Positions 19,611 through 29,267 of a stretch of DNA of 64,000 nt are shown piece by piece. The position numbers and the translations under genes are program-made. Below the pieces are notes generated by a model, which was not told the origin of the DNA, did not search any database, and saw only the letters and a program-made list of their open reading frames with translations. This stretch comes from an uncultured virus (IMG/VR IMGVR_UViG_2061766007_000025). Taxonomy: Duplodnaviria; Heunggongvirae; Uroviricota; Caudoviricetes. The stretch lies in the IMG/VR virus record IMGVR_UViG_2061766007_000025. The stretch is one strand, 5' to 3'. Each line of letters begins with the position of its first letter. Positions within the stretch are counted from its first letter, which is position 1.

Positions 19611-21455
19611 TTACTGTGCCTGGTAAGGTGCTGAAAGGCTAGGGTCCTGTAATAAACACTGATTACATGTAACCATGATAGTAATAATCTTAGCTAATGT
19701 ATCAAGTACATTCATATCAAGAATGATAGAACATTTTACCTTATCATTAATGTCTTCTAATAAAGGAAGATTACCTGAACTGATATCGTATGGTCTACCA
19801 ACTTCTAGACTATGATAAATATGGTTATCAATATTATCATCATCACTATCTACTGTACCATATAATATCTTAGATATTTCTATATAAGCTTTAGAAATAC
19901 ACTGAGCTACATCAAGATCGATACCTTCAGCATCAGAATATTTCTTTAAGTTTTCAATAGAAGCTTTAAGTCCTTCAAAGTTAGCAGCATAGCCTACGCC
20001 ATTACTAGCAGCAGAACTACAGTTCTTAATAGCATCTTCTGCTAAGTCTTTAGTAGCATCTCTATCTGCTATAGTAACACCACCAACTAAGAACTCAGCC
20101 ATATTAGCTTTAAGTGCTGCTAATCTCTTCTTAAGTAATCCAATACTATTAGCATTATCATCTGCTTTTGTATTTTCGATCTCTGTCTCTAAGAAGTTAA
20201 TCATAGAAGTATAAATAGGGTCTTCTACAAACTCACCATCTTCATTCTGTGTATGCATATGAAGAGGATTGATAAACTTAGTTCTTCTAGAATCTGCTGA
20301 TACTAATTCTGCTTTTCCGGCAAATGTAGAGATATTCTCAGGTGTAGGAGCTTTTCCTTCTTCTACTTCTTTAGCATATATCTTAGGATCAATATATTTT
20401 CTAATATCTTTACATCCACAGAGATTGGCAATATCATCCATAATGATTTCATCAGATGCTACAACATTGGTAATTATAAGAATAGGTGGTTTATCGCTTT
20501 CTCTACCAGCTGAATTGAACTGATATAACTGATTAGATAATGCTTTAAGCTGAGAAGATAAATCAGCAGAGATTCTAGGACAAGTAATTACTGTAGGTAC
20601 AGGCGCTTCTCCATTAGATAATGGTTCATAAATATTCTGATCTATAATAGCTTCAAATAAGTTGATCATATTCATATCATCAATAGGATCAACAAAGTGA
20701 TAGATATTAGCATTATAAATATTAGAAGTACCATTAACTTTATTATTTATAAATACTGGGTCACTCATACCTTCAGTAATAGTAAGACCATCATATGTCT
20801 TTACCAAGTTATCAGTAGTATTAGAAATACCAACAGATAAATCTACATCCATGCCATATTGCTTATAAATCTCATAAATATTATTAGAGATTTCTTCATT
20901 ACCATTAGTAGATATCATAGCAATATCATAAATATCATCTAATGTACATTCCTTGGTGTTATTCTTGATAATTTCTTTGATGTCTTCTACCTGCTTCTTA
21001 AATAATCTAATGATCTGGAAAGGAGGAATATTGTATTTCTCCTTAATATCAATAAGATTATTAAATATAATAGAAGAAAGAATAACAGTAGATGTAGTAC
21101 CATCTCCTACTTCTTTTTCTACATGTCTGGTAATCTCTATAAGCTCTTCAATAATAGAAGCTTCAATAGGACCAGAATTAGCAATGTTCTTTAATACTTT
21201 AAGACCATCTTTAGAATATGTAGAAGAAATAGACTTTCTACTTTCTCCACTAATAATCTTAGTATTAGATCCCATAGGACCAAATGTTTTAGATAAAAAA
21301 CTCTTAGCTTCTGCTAAAGTTTTCTTCTGAATCTTTCTTAATGTCTTCTCATCAATAACGTTATTATTATTGGTTCCTATAGTTACACCCATAGGAATCT
21401 CTTCTTTAATTACTGATGATTCTGTTGCAGTTCTGATTAACTGATTAATGTCCAT
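19611..21455 (-). CDS. groEL: Phage GroEL-like chaperonin (614 aa)
   Basis: TFGPMG, SKDG..V, VGDGTTS, IAMISTNG, VGG and EDA motifs of chaperonins. Confidence 0.92.
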   Translation of the reverse strand: MDINQLIRTATESSVIKEEIPMGVTIGTNNNNVIDEKTLRKIQKKTLAEAKSFLSKTFGPMGSNTKIISGESRKSISSTYSKDGLKVLKNIANSGPIEASIIEELIEITRHVEKEVGDGTTSTVILSSIIFNNLIDIKEKYNIPPFQIIRLFKKQVEDIKEIIKNNTKECTLDDIYDIAMISTNGNEEISNNIYEIYKQYGMDVDLSVGISNTTDNLVKTYDGLTITEGMSDPVFINNKVNGTSNIYNANIYHFVDPIDDMNMINLFEAIIDQNIYEPLSNGEAPVPTVITCPRISADLSSQLKALSNQLYQFNSAGRESDKPPILIITNVVASDEIIMDDIANLCGCKDIRKYIDPKIYAKEVEEGKAPTPENISTFAGKAELVSADSRRTKFINPLHMHTQNEDGEFVEDPIYTSMINFLETEIENTKADDNANSIGLLKKRLAALKANMAEFLVGGVTIADRDATKDLAEDAIKNCSSAASNGVGYAANFEGLKASIENLKKYSDAEGIDLDVAQCISKAYIEISKILYGTVDSDDDNIDNHIYHSLEVGRPYDISSGNLPLLEDINDKVKCSIILDMNVLDTLAKIITIMVTCNQCLLQDPSLSAPYQAQ

Positions 21456-21456
21456 G

Positions 21457-22137
21457 TTATTCTCCTTGATTTAGAATAGAATAGTCATACATATCATATA
21501 TAAATATATAATTTCTATTCTCTAATAATGTAATGATGATCTTATCATCAATAAAATCCTCTCGTTCTTCATTCATATTACAACCAAAAGATGATAAATA
21601 AAAAGATTTAGCATTATAATCACTAAAAGGATATAATTCTTCTATATACTTTACATATATCTGATTGAATGTATTCTTATCTTTTAATAAAGCATCTAAA
21701 GATATAAGATCTATATTCTCAAAATTAGAATCATTACTTAATACCTCTTTTTGCCAATCTTCATAATATAATATCTTAGGAGTAAATTCATTAGTAGACT
21801 TTATATACATTACTAATTTAAATATTCCTGTAGATACCGACATATTAAACATATCCATATATTTCTTTTGTTTAAATTCTTCATAATATGAATCAAGTAA
21901 ATTATAATCATCTATTAAAGAGAAGGAAGTTAATGGATTAATCTTCCTTCTCTCATATAATATTTTTATTTTCTTTAGATTTGGAAGTTTAAAGAATTCA
22001 GCATCAAATACTTTCTTATTTAAGTATTCTTTCTCTATAAGATTCATTAAACCTATATCTAAATCAAATAAACTATAGAAACTAAATACTGGTGTTTGCT
22101 TTTTAGATAATGCATTTCTTTCTAAAGCATTTATCAT
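21457..22137 (-). CDS. Hypothetical protein (226 aa)
   Basis: Translationally coupled (TAATG) to the upstream gene. Confidence 0.7.
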   Translation of the reverse strand: MINALERNALSKKQTPVFSFYSLFDLDIGLMNLIEKEYLNKKVFDAEFFKLPNLKKIKILYERRKINPLTSFSLIDDYNLLDSYYEEFKQKKYMDMFNMSVSTGIFKLVMYIKSTNEFTPKILYYEDWQKEVLSNDSNFENIDLISLDALLKDKNTFNQIYVKYIEELYPFSDYNAKSFYLSSFGCNMNEEREDFIDDKIIITLLENRNYIFIYDMYDYSILNQGE

Positions 22138-22919
22138 TATTCCATCAGTCCTTCAATATCATCAATACTTGTCTGATCTATATGCTTAATACCTGAAGTG
22201 AATCCGCCACCTGCACTATAGTTTCTCTGTACATTGCTAAGTCTTTCAATACCAAGCTTATCATAAATAGGATCCATCTTGCCAAGAATACGTGCATGAT
22301 CATAACGTGTAAGATCAGCCTGAGCATATGCAAATGCACCGGTCATACTTCTAGCAAAGTCCTCTAATAATGAAATAAGCTGCTCGATCTCAAGATATGA
22401 ATATGATACAAGAGATACAGTTTCCTTAGTAACATTGTTTACGTCTTCTACTTCAAGTGCTGTATAGTAATCGATAGTATTAAGCTTAATAGAATGAAGA
22501 CTAGTAACTTTTTCATTCTCATCAAGTTTACCAATAGCAAGATATACATTACCATTAGCCTGATAAATATTAGAGAATGTCTCTTTGCCAGGAAGACCAA
22601 CAATAATACCAAATCCATTATTATCTTTTACTTTTCCTGCTTTAAGAAGCTCTAAAAACTTCTTAATCTCATTTGCATAAATCTGAGCCTTGTACTGAGA
22701 GATAAAGATAGATGTTAAACTATCATACTTAAATCCATCAACTAACTGATTGATCTCTAATACAAGAAGACCAGTACTTCTAAATGATACAGATAAAGTA
22801 TTCTTTGTATCATCATCTTTAATCTTGAATCTTGAGTAATAATTTCTCTCTACAGAACCATTCTTATTACCCTGATTTGAAACGTTAGACTCTCCTGTGA
22901 ACCCACTACCAATTGCCAT
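22137..22919 (-). CDS. Hypothetical protein (260 aa)
   Basis: AGGAGG RBS; acidic C-terminus reminiscent of ssDNA-binding proteins (weak). Confidence 0.7.
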   Translation of the reverse strand: MAIGSGFTGESNVSNQGNKNGSVERNYYSRFKIKDDDTKNTLSVSFRSTGLLVLEINQLVDGFKYDSLTSIFISQYKAQIYANEIKKFLELLKAGKVKDNNGFGIIVGLPGKETFSNIYQANGNVYLAIGKLDENEKVTSLHSIKLNTIDYYTALEVEDVNNVTKETVSLVSYSYLEIEQLISLLEDFARSMTGAFAYAQADLTRYDHARILGKMDPIYDKLGIERLSNVQRNYSAGGGFTSGIKHIDQTSIDDIEGLME

Positions 22920-23093
22920 TTTTCTTTCCTCCTGAAAAGTATTTAATGATTTTAAGTTTTAGNNNNNNNNNNNNNNNNNNNNNNNNNNNNNNNNNNNNNN
23001 NNNNNNNNNNNNNNNNNNNNNNNNNNNNNNNNNNNNNNNNNNNNNNNNNNNNNNNNNNNNATTTTACATCTTAGTAATAGGGGTGATTAGGAG

Positions 23094-23858
23094 GTGATTA
23101 GATTGTCATATATACAAGATAATAAACTACTAAATCTTTGTAATGAGAAAGATCATTATGATGTTATAAGTTATATAGTTAGTATATTTACTACAAGCGA
23201 AATAGATACTATAGTGCAAGGTTTATCTAGTATTAATATACTTACTATAAGGGATATACAATATAAAAGTTTTAATATATACTCTATAAGATTTATTAAT
23301 GGTAAGAAGTTAGAGATTAATGATATATTAGATTTAAATAAGTTTAACTTATCATTTAGAAGAATAGAATTAATAATAACTAATAATACTGATGAAAAAA
23401 TTATATATTTTAAATACTGTAGTAGAATATATGATATGTTAAACTGCTTAATGTGTAAATCTTATAATATGTCTAGATATCAAGATATATACAGTATACC
23501 AGGATATAATAGTAATAATATAATAGAAAACTATGCTAAAGAATTAGCATTACTATTAAAAGATGATTATGAATCTTTAAATGATATAAGATTTACTACG
23601 TATGAGATTATAAATAATAAAGCTACATATAACTTCTCTAAAAACTTCTATAAACTATATAAGTTTAAAAAGCATTTAGAAATGGAGATTATTATAAAAT
23701 CTAATCATATAATAAAGATTCAAATTACCGATACTGACAATTGTACTAATCTAATTATGTATACTTCTAGAGATATTATAGGGTTAAATAATATAATACA
23801 TGCTACAGAAATAACTTATAAGAAAATGCAAAGAGAATACCCTACGCCTTTATACTAG
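23094..23858 (+). CDS. Hypothetical, very AT-rich protein (254 aa)
   Basis: Open frame preceded by promoter motif TACA-TCTTAG-TAAT (23065-23078) and followed by a hairpin; exact start uncertain. Confidence 0.6.
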   Translation: MIRLSYIQDNKLLNLCNEKDHYDVISYIVSIFTTSEIDTIVQGLSSINILTIRDIQYKSFNIYSIRFINGKKLEINDILDLNKFNLSFRRIELIITNNTDEKIIYFKYCSRIYDMLNCLMCKSYNMSRYQDIYSIPGYNSNNIIENYAKELALLLKDDYESLNDIRFTTYEIINNKATYNFSKNFYKLYKFKKHLEMEIIIKSNHIIKIQITDTDNCTNLIMYTSRDIIGLNNIIHATEITYKKMQREYPTPLY

Positions 23859-23868
23859 GCGTAGGGCA
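23838..23868. terminator. Bidirectional terminator
   Basis: CCCTACGCCT-TTATACT-AGGCGTAGGG between convergent genes. Confidence 0.8.
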
Positions 23869-23895
23869 TCTCTTTTTGTTAGTACGGAGAATTAT

Positions 23896-26419
23896 TTATG
23901 CAAAAGAAATGTTAGCGGTAATCTTTACATCTGGTAATACTCTGGTTAAAGCATATGATGCTTGTGCACAGTCTGAACATATAGTCTTAGTAGGTCTACA
24001 ACCAAAGTCCATGAAATTTTGTTTAGAATACATAAATTCTTCCAACTCATCATTAGCCTCAGTTGTATAAACACCTTTACATGTAATTTGGTCAATTATC
24101 TTTACCATAAGCCGTGCTAAGTCTTATGATGTGCTTTAATAAAACACCTCATGAATTACCATGAGTTGAGACTATTTGTACACCCAATAAATATATTGGG
24201 GCAGTATTTTTCTTCCTCCATTAAGCACTTGAGGTTTTACTCTCCCGTTAGGAGATAGTCGTTGAACGTTCTTCTATAATATAGAAGCTTCGCTGCTATA
24301 CTAGGCTTGTTAACGATAACTTAGGATTTAACCTTATTATCATCTATATAACTTTTTTCTGCTTTCGCAACATTCACGCTTGATATCACTATCTACGTTG
24401 TAGTGTATATAGTTCTTGACCTTTTCATAGCAATTAACACTGGAAAACATACCTATTACTAGATATGCTGAGCTCCATTACTCCGTCGTAGTCAGCATCC
24501 ATTGCTTTTAGATATATATTAGACATACGCAACGTATCTACAAATGAATTAGTTGTATCTTTTCCTATATCTTCTTCTCTTATCTTAGGATAGTATGGAT
24601 AATATATATTATTAAAATACATAGGTTCGGTATCTATAGTAGAAGCAACTACAGCACCCATAGTAATTTGATTTGTATATTTATCACTTTAAACTCTATA
24701 TATTTCTATATAAACCTGACTATATCATAAGCGTGCATTCTAATAGAATGTTTAGCTTCTCCCTACTTCGAATCTAAAATATTTTAGACCCTACACGGTT
24801 ACACTCATCACCGTTAGTCGATGAACCTTATTCCTTATAATAAGGAATCTTGGCTGCTGATTTTCTATTATATAAGTACTTAGGTTTACACCATATACCA
24901 TCTAATCTATTTTTTCTACTTTCGTCGCATTCACGCTCATCTTTACAGATCACGTTGTAGCTAGATTAGCTTTAAGACGTTCCAGCAATTCAAGGAGTTA
25001 TTTCTTAGCGGTTTCCCTGCTAAGCCGACTGATAAATTTAATCGGAAATCTGGCTATAAGTACTTTCTTATCTTTTAATGCTTCGACTGCAGCTATATAG
25101 AATATATCACACCATGTCATTCTTCTTTGATAGATAGATTCTGGATTATTTTTTGCAGTTCCTGGATTTTGAAATCTTCCTTTAAATGTCATATAGTACT
25201 TTTCCTTAGTATCTTTCAATGGCACTTCTATAGGAATAAATCTATTATTGTATCCATGAATAAATCTTTCCATCTCATGTTTTATACGCTCATCTGAAAA
25301 AAGATTTATTTCTGGATCATCTACTTCGAAATTCTTTACTTTTCCATTCTTATCTATTACAGCATACTGTGTAAGACCATTAAATTCATTTTCAAAGAAA
25401 CTTTTTACATGAAAAGTTACAAAGTCTCTAAATTCTGCTATAGCAGCTGGTAATGGTAAAGCACAATGCTCAAAAGTAACCATCATATCTTGTGGCGTTT
25501 CTGCTTTAAGTTCTGGAGCAGATATTACAAGTCTTGAGGAGAAGTCTGCTGTCTTTGACATATTAGTTCTTCTAATATAACCAAACTTACCAGATAATCC
25601 AGAACCTGCATCTTCTGATAATGTAGGATTATTATTACCACAGAACCAATCATATATAGATAAGATTATCTCTTGTACTCTGCCTTTCATGGCTTCAGAT
25701 GAATCAAACATATAATCTCTTGTAGCGGTAAGTGCATTTGTAGCTACTATAAGATTATTATATATCTTATTTATACCACCTAGACCTACAGTTCTAGATC
25801 CTGTGTTCTTATCTCTATAGTATGGCGGTATTACAATATATTTGTTTATAAACATCTTATCTCTATTAAAATTAAGATATTGTATTTTTATATCTCTCTT
25901 TAGAGATTCTGTAGATTTAAACTTAATCTTATCTATATTCTTTCGTAAGAATTCTATTCCTGTTTGGCCTTTTGGATCTTGTACTAGTTCTCCTCTATCA
26001 TTAATTCTATATGTATCTAATCCATGAACTATATTTTTTACATTAGAATCTATTCTACACCAAGCTTTATAGCAAGAAGGATCTATAAAGTAGCCATGTA
26101 AATCTATATAAGCAAAAGTTCCTGCTCTATCAGCTTGTGTAACACCAAATATCTCCTGACTTAATAATCCTTCAGGACTAGGTATAGCTTCTCTAATAAA
26201 AGCTCTAGGATCTGATACAGGTTTACAATTATTTACATGAACAAATCTATCTACATCTAATACTTCTAGTTGTAAATGCTCAACTACCTTATCATACTGA
26301 GCTTCTGTTAATATTTCAGAATTTAGATAACTATTAGCTTCATCAAAGAAATCTACAACATCTGTAGTATTTTTTTCTATATGCGCTAGCTCTCTAAGTA
26401 TGTTTTGAGTACTTAACAT
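23896..26419 (-). CDS. rpoC: Phage multisubunit RNA polymerase beta'-like subunit carrying the catalytic motif; exons 26419-25041, 24686-24481 and 24092-23896 (about 593 aa)
   Basis: EGLLSQEIFG, VIPPYYRD, GKFGYIRR...K..DFSSR.VI, R.P and the spliced ADYDGD motif; AAGGAG RBS favours the start at 26419. Confidence 0.9.
24093..24480 (-). ncRNA. Group I intron (about 388 nt, no ORF) inside the DYDGD motif
   Basis: P AATTGCTATGAA, Q TAGCAGCGAAG, R GTTCAACGACTA, S AAATAGTC, three P9-type hairpins, ends AATTG. 5' boundary uncertain by 1 nt. Confidence 0.85.
24687..25040 (-). ncRNA. Group I intron (354 nt, no ORF)
   Basis: P AATTGCTGGAA, Q AATCAGCAGCCAAG, R GTTCATCGACTA, S GATATAGTC; P1 CCGAT/GTCGG with U.G; splicing gives RFPI-DKYTNQ in frame. 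Confidence 0.92.
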
Positions 26420-26441
26420 AATGCTTCTCCTTTCTTTATGC

Positions 26442-26455
26442 ATTATATTAATGTA
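26442..26455 (-). promoter_or_regulatory. AR9-type late promoter motif
   Basis: TACA-TTAATA-TAAT upstream of the RNAP gene RBS. Confidence 0.55.
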
Positions 26456-26459
26456 AAAA

Positions 26460-26487
26460 TCGGATACCTCTTTTCTGAGGTATCCGA
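26460..26487 (-). terminator. Terminator hairpin
   Basis: TCGGATACCTC-TTTTCT-GAGGTATCCGA with a U run on minus. Confidence 0.8.
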
Positions 26488-26493
26488 CTATTA

Positions 26494-26793
26494 TTACTGT
26501 AAAATAATGTTTAGTGATGAATCAGTTGGTTCGTTAACTTGTACGTTTATTGGACGTTGATAAATAATTACAACCCCATTTAATGAATTTATAAAATCTA
26601 ATACATATTTACGAGATGATTGATCTTTGAATTCTATATTAGCTGATATATATGTATCAGAAGAACTATTTATAGTTACTACCCCTCTATTATCAATCAT
26701 CTCTTTCAGGGCTACAAATTGATCAAAGAAATCCACTAACATGTTAGGATATACGATACCAGAGACTGACTCAAAGAATTCAAGTCTATTCAT
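26494..26793 (-). CDS. Hypothetical protein (99 aa)
   Basis: GGAGG RBS; last gene of the baseplate operon. Confidence 0.7.
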   Translation of the reverse strand: MNRLEFFESVSGIVYPNMLVDFFDQFVALKEMIDNRGVVTINSSSDTYISANIEFKDQSSRKYVLDFINSLNGVVIIYQRPINVQVNEPTDSSLNIILQ

Positions 26794-26800
26794 ATATTAT

Positions 26801-26980
26801 TTAGCCTCCCATAGCTTCTTCTAACATATCTTGCATTTGATCACCTGCCATTGCCTGCTGTTTGTCAGGATCTTTAGAACTATCTACAAATTCTTTATAA
26901 ATAGTCTGAATAAAACTACAAGGCAGATTCTGCAATTCCCCAATTGTAGTGCTACCTTTTAAAAATTTAGCTAAATTCAT
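26801..26980 (-). CDS. 59-aa protein absent from the ORF track; possible T4 gp51-like hub assembly partner
   Basis: MNLAKFLKGSTTIGELQNLP...EEAMGG; ATG overlaps the upstream stop (TAATG) and the ORF fills the gap exactly. Confidence 0.65.
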   Translation of the reverse strand: MNLAKFLKGSTTIGELQNLPCSFIQTIYKEFVDSSKDPDKQQAMAGDQMQDMLEEAMGG

Positions 26981-28740
26981 TAATTTAACGTAGTAGTGAC
27001 GAGACTCGCCAACTGATGACGTGTAAAAACCATATTCTCTGCAGTAACTTCAAGTTCTGCACTAAGAGTCTTACACTTAGGACATTCAAACTGTGGATAG
27101 ATATAGTGGAATCCAGGAGATCTAGATTCAGCAATAGATCTAATATATGCATTCATAGGATTAAGCTCATCTACATTAAGTACTTTAAGTACAGAATCAA
27201 ACTTCTGAATCTTAGACTTAACTGTCTTTACAGCATTATCTGCATATACTTTATATCCAACAGGATCAAGTGATTGTGTATCCATATTGATAAGATACAA
27301 TGTATCAATATATGGTACAAGATCAATAATTGAACTATACTTATCCTTAAAAGCGTCATCAAGAGAAGCTACTTCCATAAGTGAATAAATTGATGGCTCT
27401 TTAAATCCAACAGCAATCTTATAACTAAGAGGAACTACCTCTGATACATATAATCCTTTTGGATTAGCCATAGTAGATTCATCATGATAAATCTTTTCAA
27501 ATTTCTTCTTAGCTTCATTAGAATCAAACTTAATCATATCCATGATAGGTACATCATCTGTAAGGAATGTTTCATTACATGATCTATTCTGGCAATCTAC
27601 AGGAATATAGTTAGAATCCTTGAATGAAGCAATATAAATAGCGAAGAAATAATGATCAATATCCTGGTATGGGGTAGCTTTAAGCCAAGCTTCAAATGTA
27701 GATGGTTTAGGTGATACGATATGATCATAAATCGATCTATATTTCTTTGTAAGTGAAGAAATAGAAGTATTATCTGCAGAATACTCTCTAAGATCTTCAA
27801 GTTCTGTGCCAAGATACTGTTTCATATGTACAACAGATTCCTGTGCAGGAAGAACCCATTTAGCTGATCTAACCTGCTGCTGCTGTAAGAACTTAGTATT
27901 TGTAGTTGGCTTTACATTGATTGTAAATGAAGAAATATCAAGCCTAGTAGAGATAGGTTTAAACTTCTCTGTAGCAATCTTTTGAAGATGCTTTAATAAT
28001 TCATTATCATCATTAGCTTTAGCTTCTTCTACTTCCTCTTCATCATCTACATAATCAAATTCTGTAGTAGCAGAATCTGTTTCAAGTTCAATATTAGATT
28101 TAATTGCAGGAGCAGGTTCTGGTTTATTCTTCTCTTCTTTCTTAAATTCATAAACCTTTGTATTATCTTTTACAGGAGTATCTACAGCAGGTTCTTCATC
28201 TACTTCTACAGAAATGTCTTCAGTATCTTCAAGTTCATCTTCTACTACTTCTACTTCATCTAATACATCAACTGTATTATATACTGTTTCACCATCTTCA
28301 TCGTCTATCTCAATAACTTCTTCATCATCTGTCGCTGCTTCTTTTGCAATAGAATCAAGATCTGTAGGCATATCAGATTTCTCATCTTCTATTTCAAATT
28401 CATCTTCTTTTTCAGTAACCCAGTCATTCATCTCTTCAGTCTTTTCTTTTACATACTTAGCAAATGGAGAATTCGCTCCTTCAAGAATGTCTTTAGCAAG
28501 ACTTTCATGAAGATCTTCTGTTTCCTTAGGATCTTGTGGAATTGAAGTAGGATTAAATTCAACTCTTTCTTCTGACTTAGGTTCAGCTGGTCTCTTAGCT
28601 CTTACTACTGTTTTACCCTTAGACATATTAACAACCTTAGCAGCTTCTTTTTCCTCTGACTGTTTTAATGAAGAAGTATTGGTAGCATCAATTACAACTT
28701 CACTATCATCAGTAGGTCTTAAATCATCAATACTTGCCAT
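26980..28740 (-). CDS. Baseplate hub assembly-like protein (T4 gp26-like) with an acidic N-terminal half
   Basis: CQNRSC and CPKC motifs, 'GFKEPS'; follows the gp25-like gene. Confidence 0.55.
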   Translation of the reverse strand: MASIDDLRPTDDSEVVIDATNTSSLKQSEEKEAAKVVNMSKGKTVVRAKRPAEPKSEERVEFNPTSIPQDPKETEDLHESLAKDILEGANSPFAKYVKEKTEEMNDWVTEKEDEFEIEDEKSDMPTDLDSIAKEAATDDEEVIEIDDEDGETVYNTVDVLDEVEVVEDELEDTEDISVEVDEEPAVDTPVKDNTKVYEFKKEEKNKPEPAPAIKSNIELETDSATTEFDYVDDEEEVEEAKANDDNELLKHLQKIATEKFKPISTRLDISSFTINVKPTTNTKFLQQQQVRSAKWVLPAQESVVHMKQYLGTELEDLREYSADNTSISSLTKKYRSIYDHIVSPKPSTFEAWLKATPYQDIDHYFFAIYIASFKDSNYIPVDCQNRSCNETFLTDDVPIMDMIKFDSNEAKKKFEKIYHDESTMANPKGLYVSEVVPLSYKIAVGFKEPSIYSLMEVASLDDAFKDKYSSIIDLVPYIDTLYLINMDTQSLDPVGYKVYADNAVKTVKSKIQKFDSVLKVLNVDELNPMNAYIRSIAESRSPGFHYIYPQFECPKCKTLSAELEVTAENMVFTRHQLASLVTTTLN

Positions 28741-28766
28741 TATAAGTATTCCTCCTTAAATAGATA

Positions 28767-29153
28767 TTAATTTCCTTGAATATCTGATAAATAGATTGGC
28801 ACAGGTGCTACTGCTGAGTCGTAGACATAAACAGTATCATCAATAGAAATTTCAATATTACATACCTTATCTGATTCGATTTCTTTAATTTCTACGGTAG
28901 CATTCTGAAACTCTGGTAAATAGGTTATAATTTGCTCTTGTATTCTAGATGCCAATTCATCTAACTTATTAAGAGCATATCTATAATTAGCTATGCCAAC
29001 TCCCATTTCAGGTCTTAAAGGATCAGCACCTGGTTGTAATAGAATTAGCCTCATAAGTAGTAAACCTATAGCTTCTTTTCCTGTAGCTACAGCAGGATTA
29101 TTGAAATCATTTACTGTTAAAGTGTACTCTTTCTGATGGACTGCCATATGCAC
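28767..29153 (-). CDS. Baseplate wedge protein, gp25-like
   Basis: L..LIL..PG..P.RPEMGVGI..Y ... I..QI..YLP is the gp25/GPW pattern. Confidence 0.75.
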   Translation of the reverse strand: MHMAVHQKEYTLTVNDFNNPAVATGKEAIGLLLMRLILLQPGADPLRPEMGVGIANYRYALNKLDELASRIQEQIITYLPEFQNATVEIKEIESDKVCNIEISIDDTVYVYDSAVAPVPIYLSDIQGN

Positions 29154-29166
29154 ATCTCCTTTATAG

Positions 29167-29238
29167 ATTATTATAATGTCTTTATTGTAAGTTTTTACAT
29201 TATATAAGAGTTGAATTCAAAGTCCACATCTTATTAAT
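29167..29238. promoter_or_regulatory. Divergent pair of late promoter motifs
   Basis: GACA-TTATAA-TAAT (minus, 29167-29180) and CACA-TCTTAT-TAAT (plus, 29225-29238). Confidence 0.6.
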
Positions 29239-29267
29239 GGACTATTTATAGGAAGGAGATAATACCT

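Noticed and set aside
23896..24661. ORF-track entries 23896..24108 and 24434..24661 as separate genes
   Set aside because: They are exons 3 and 2 of the RNAP gene plus intron sequence.
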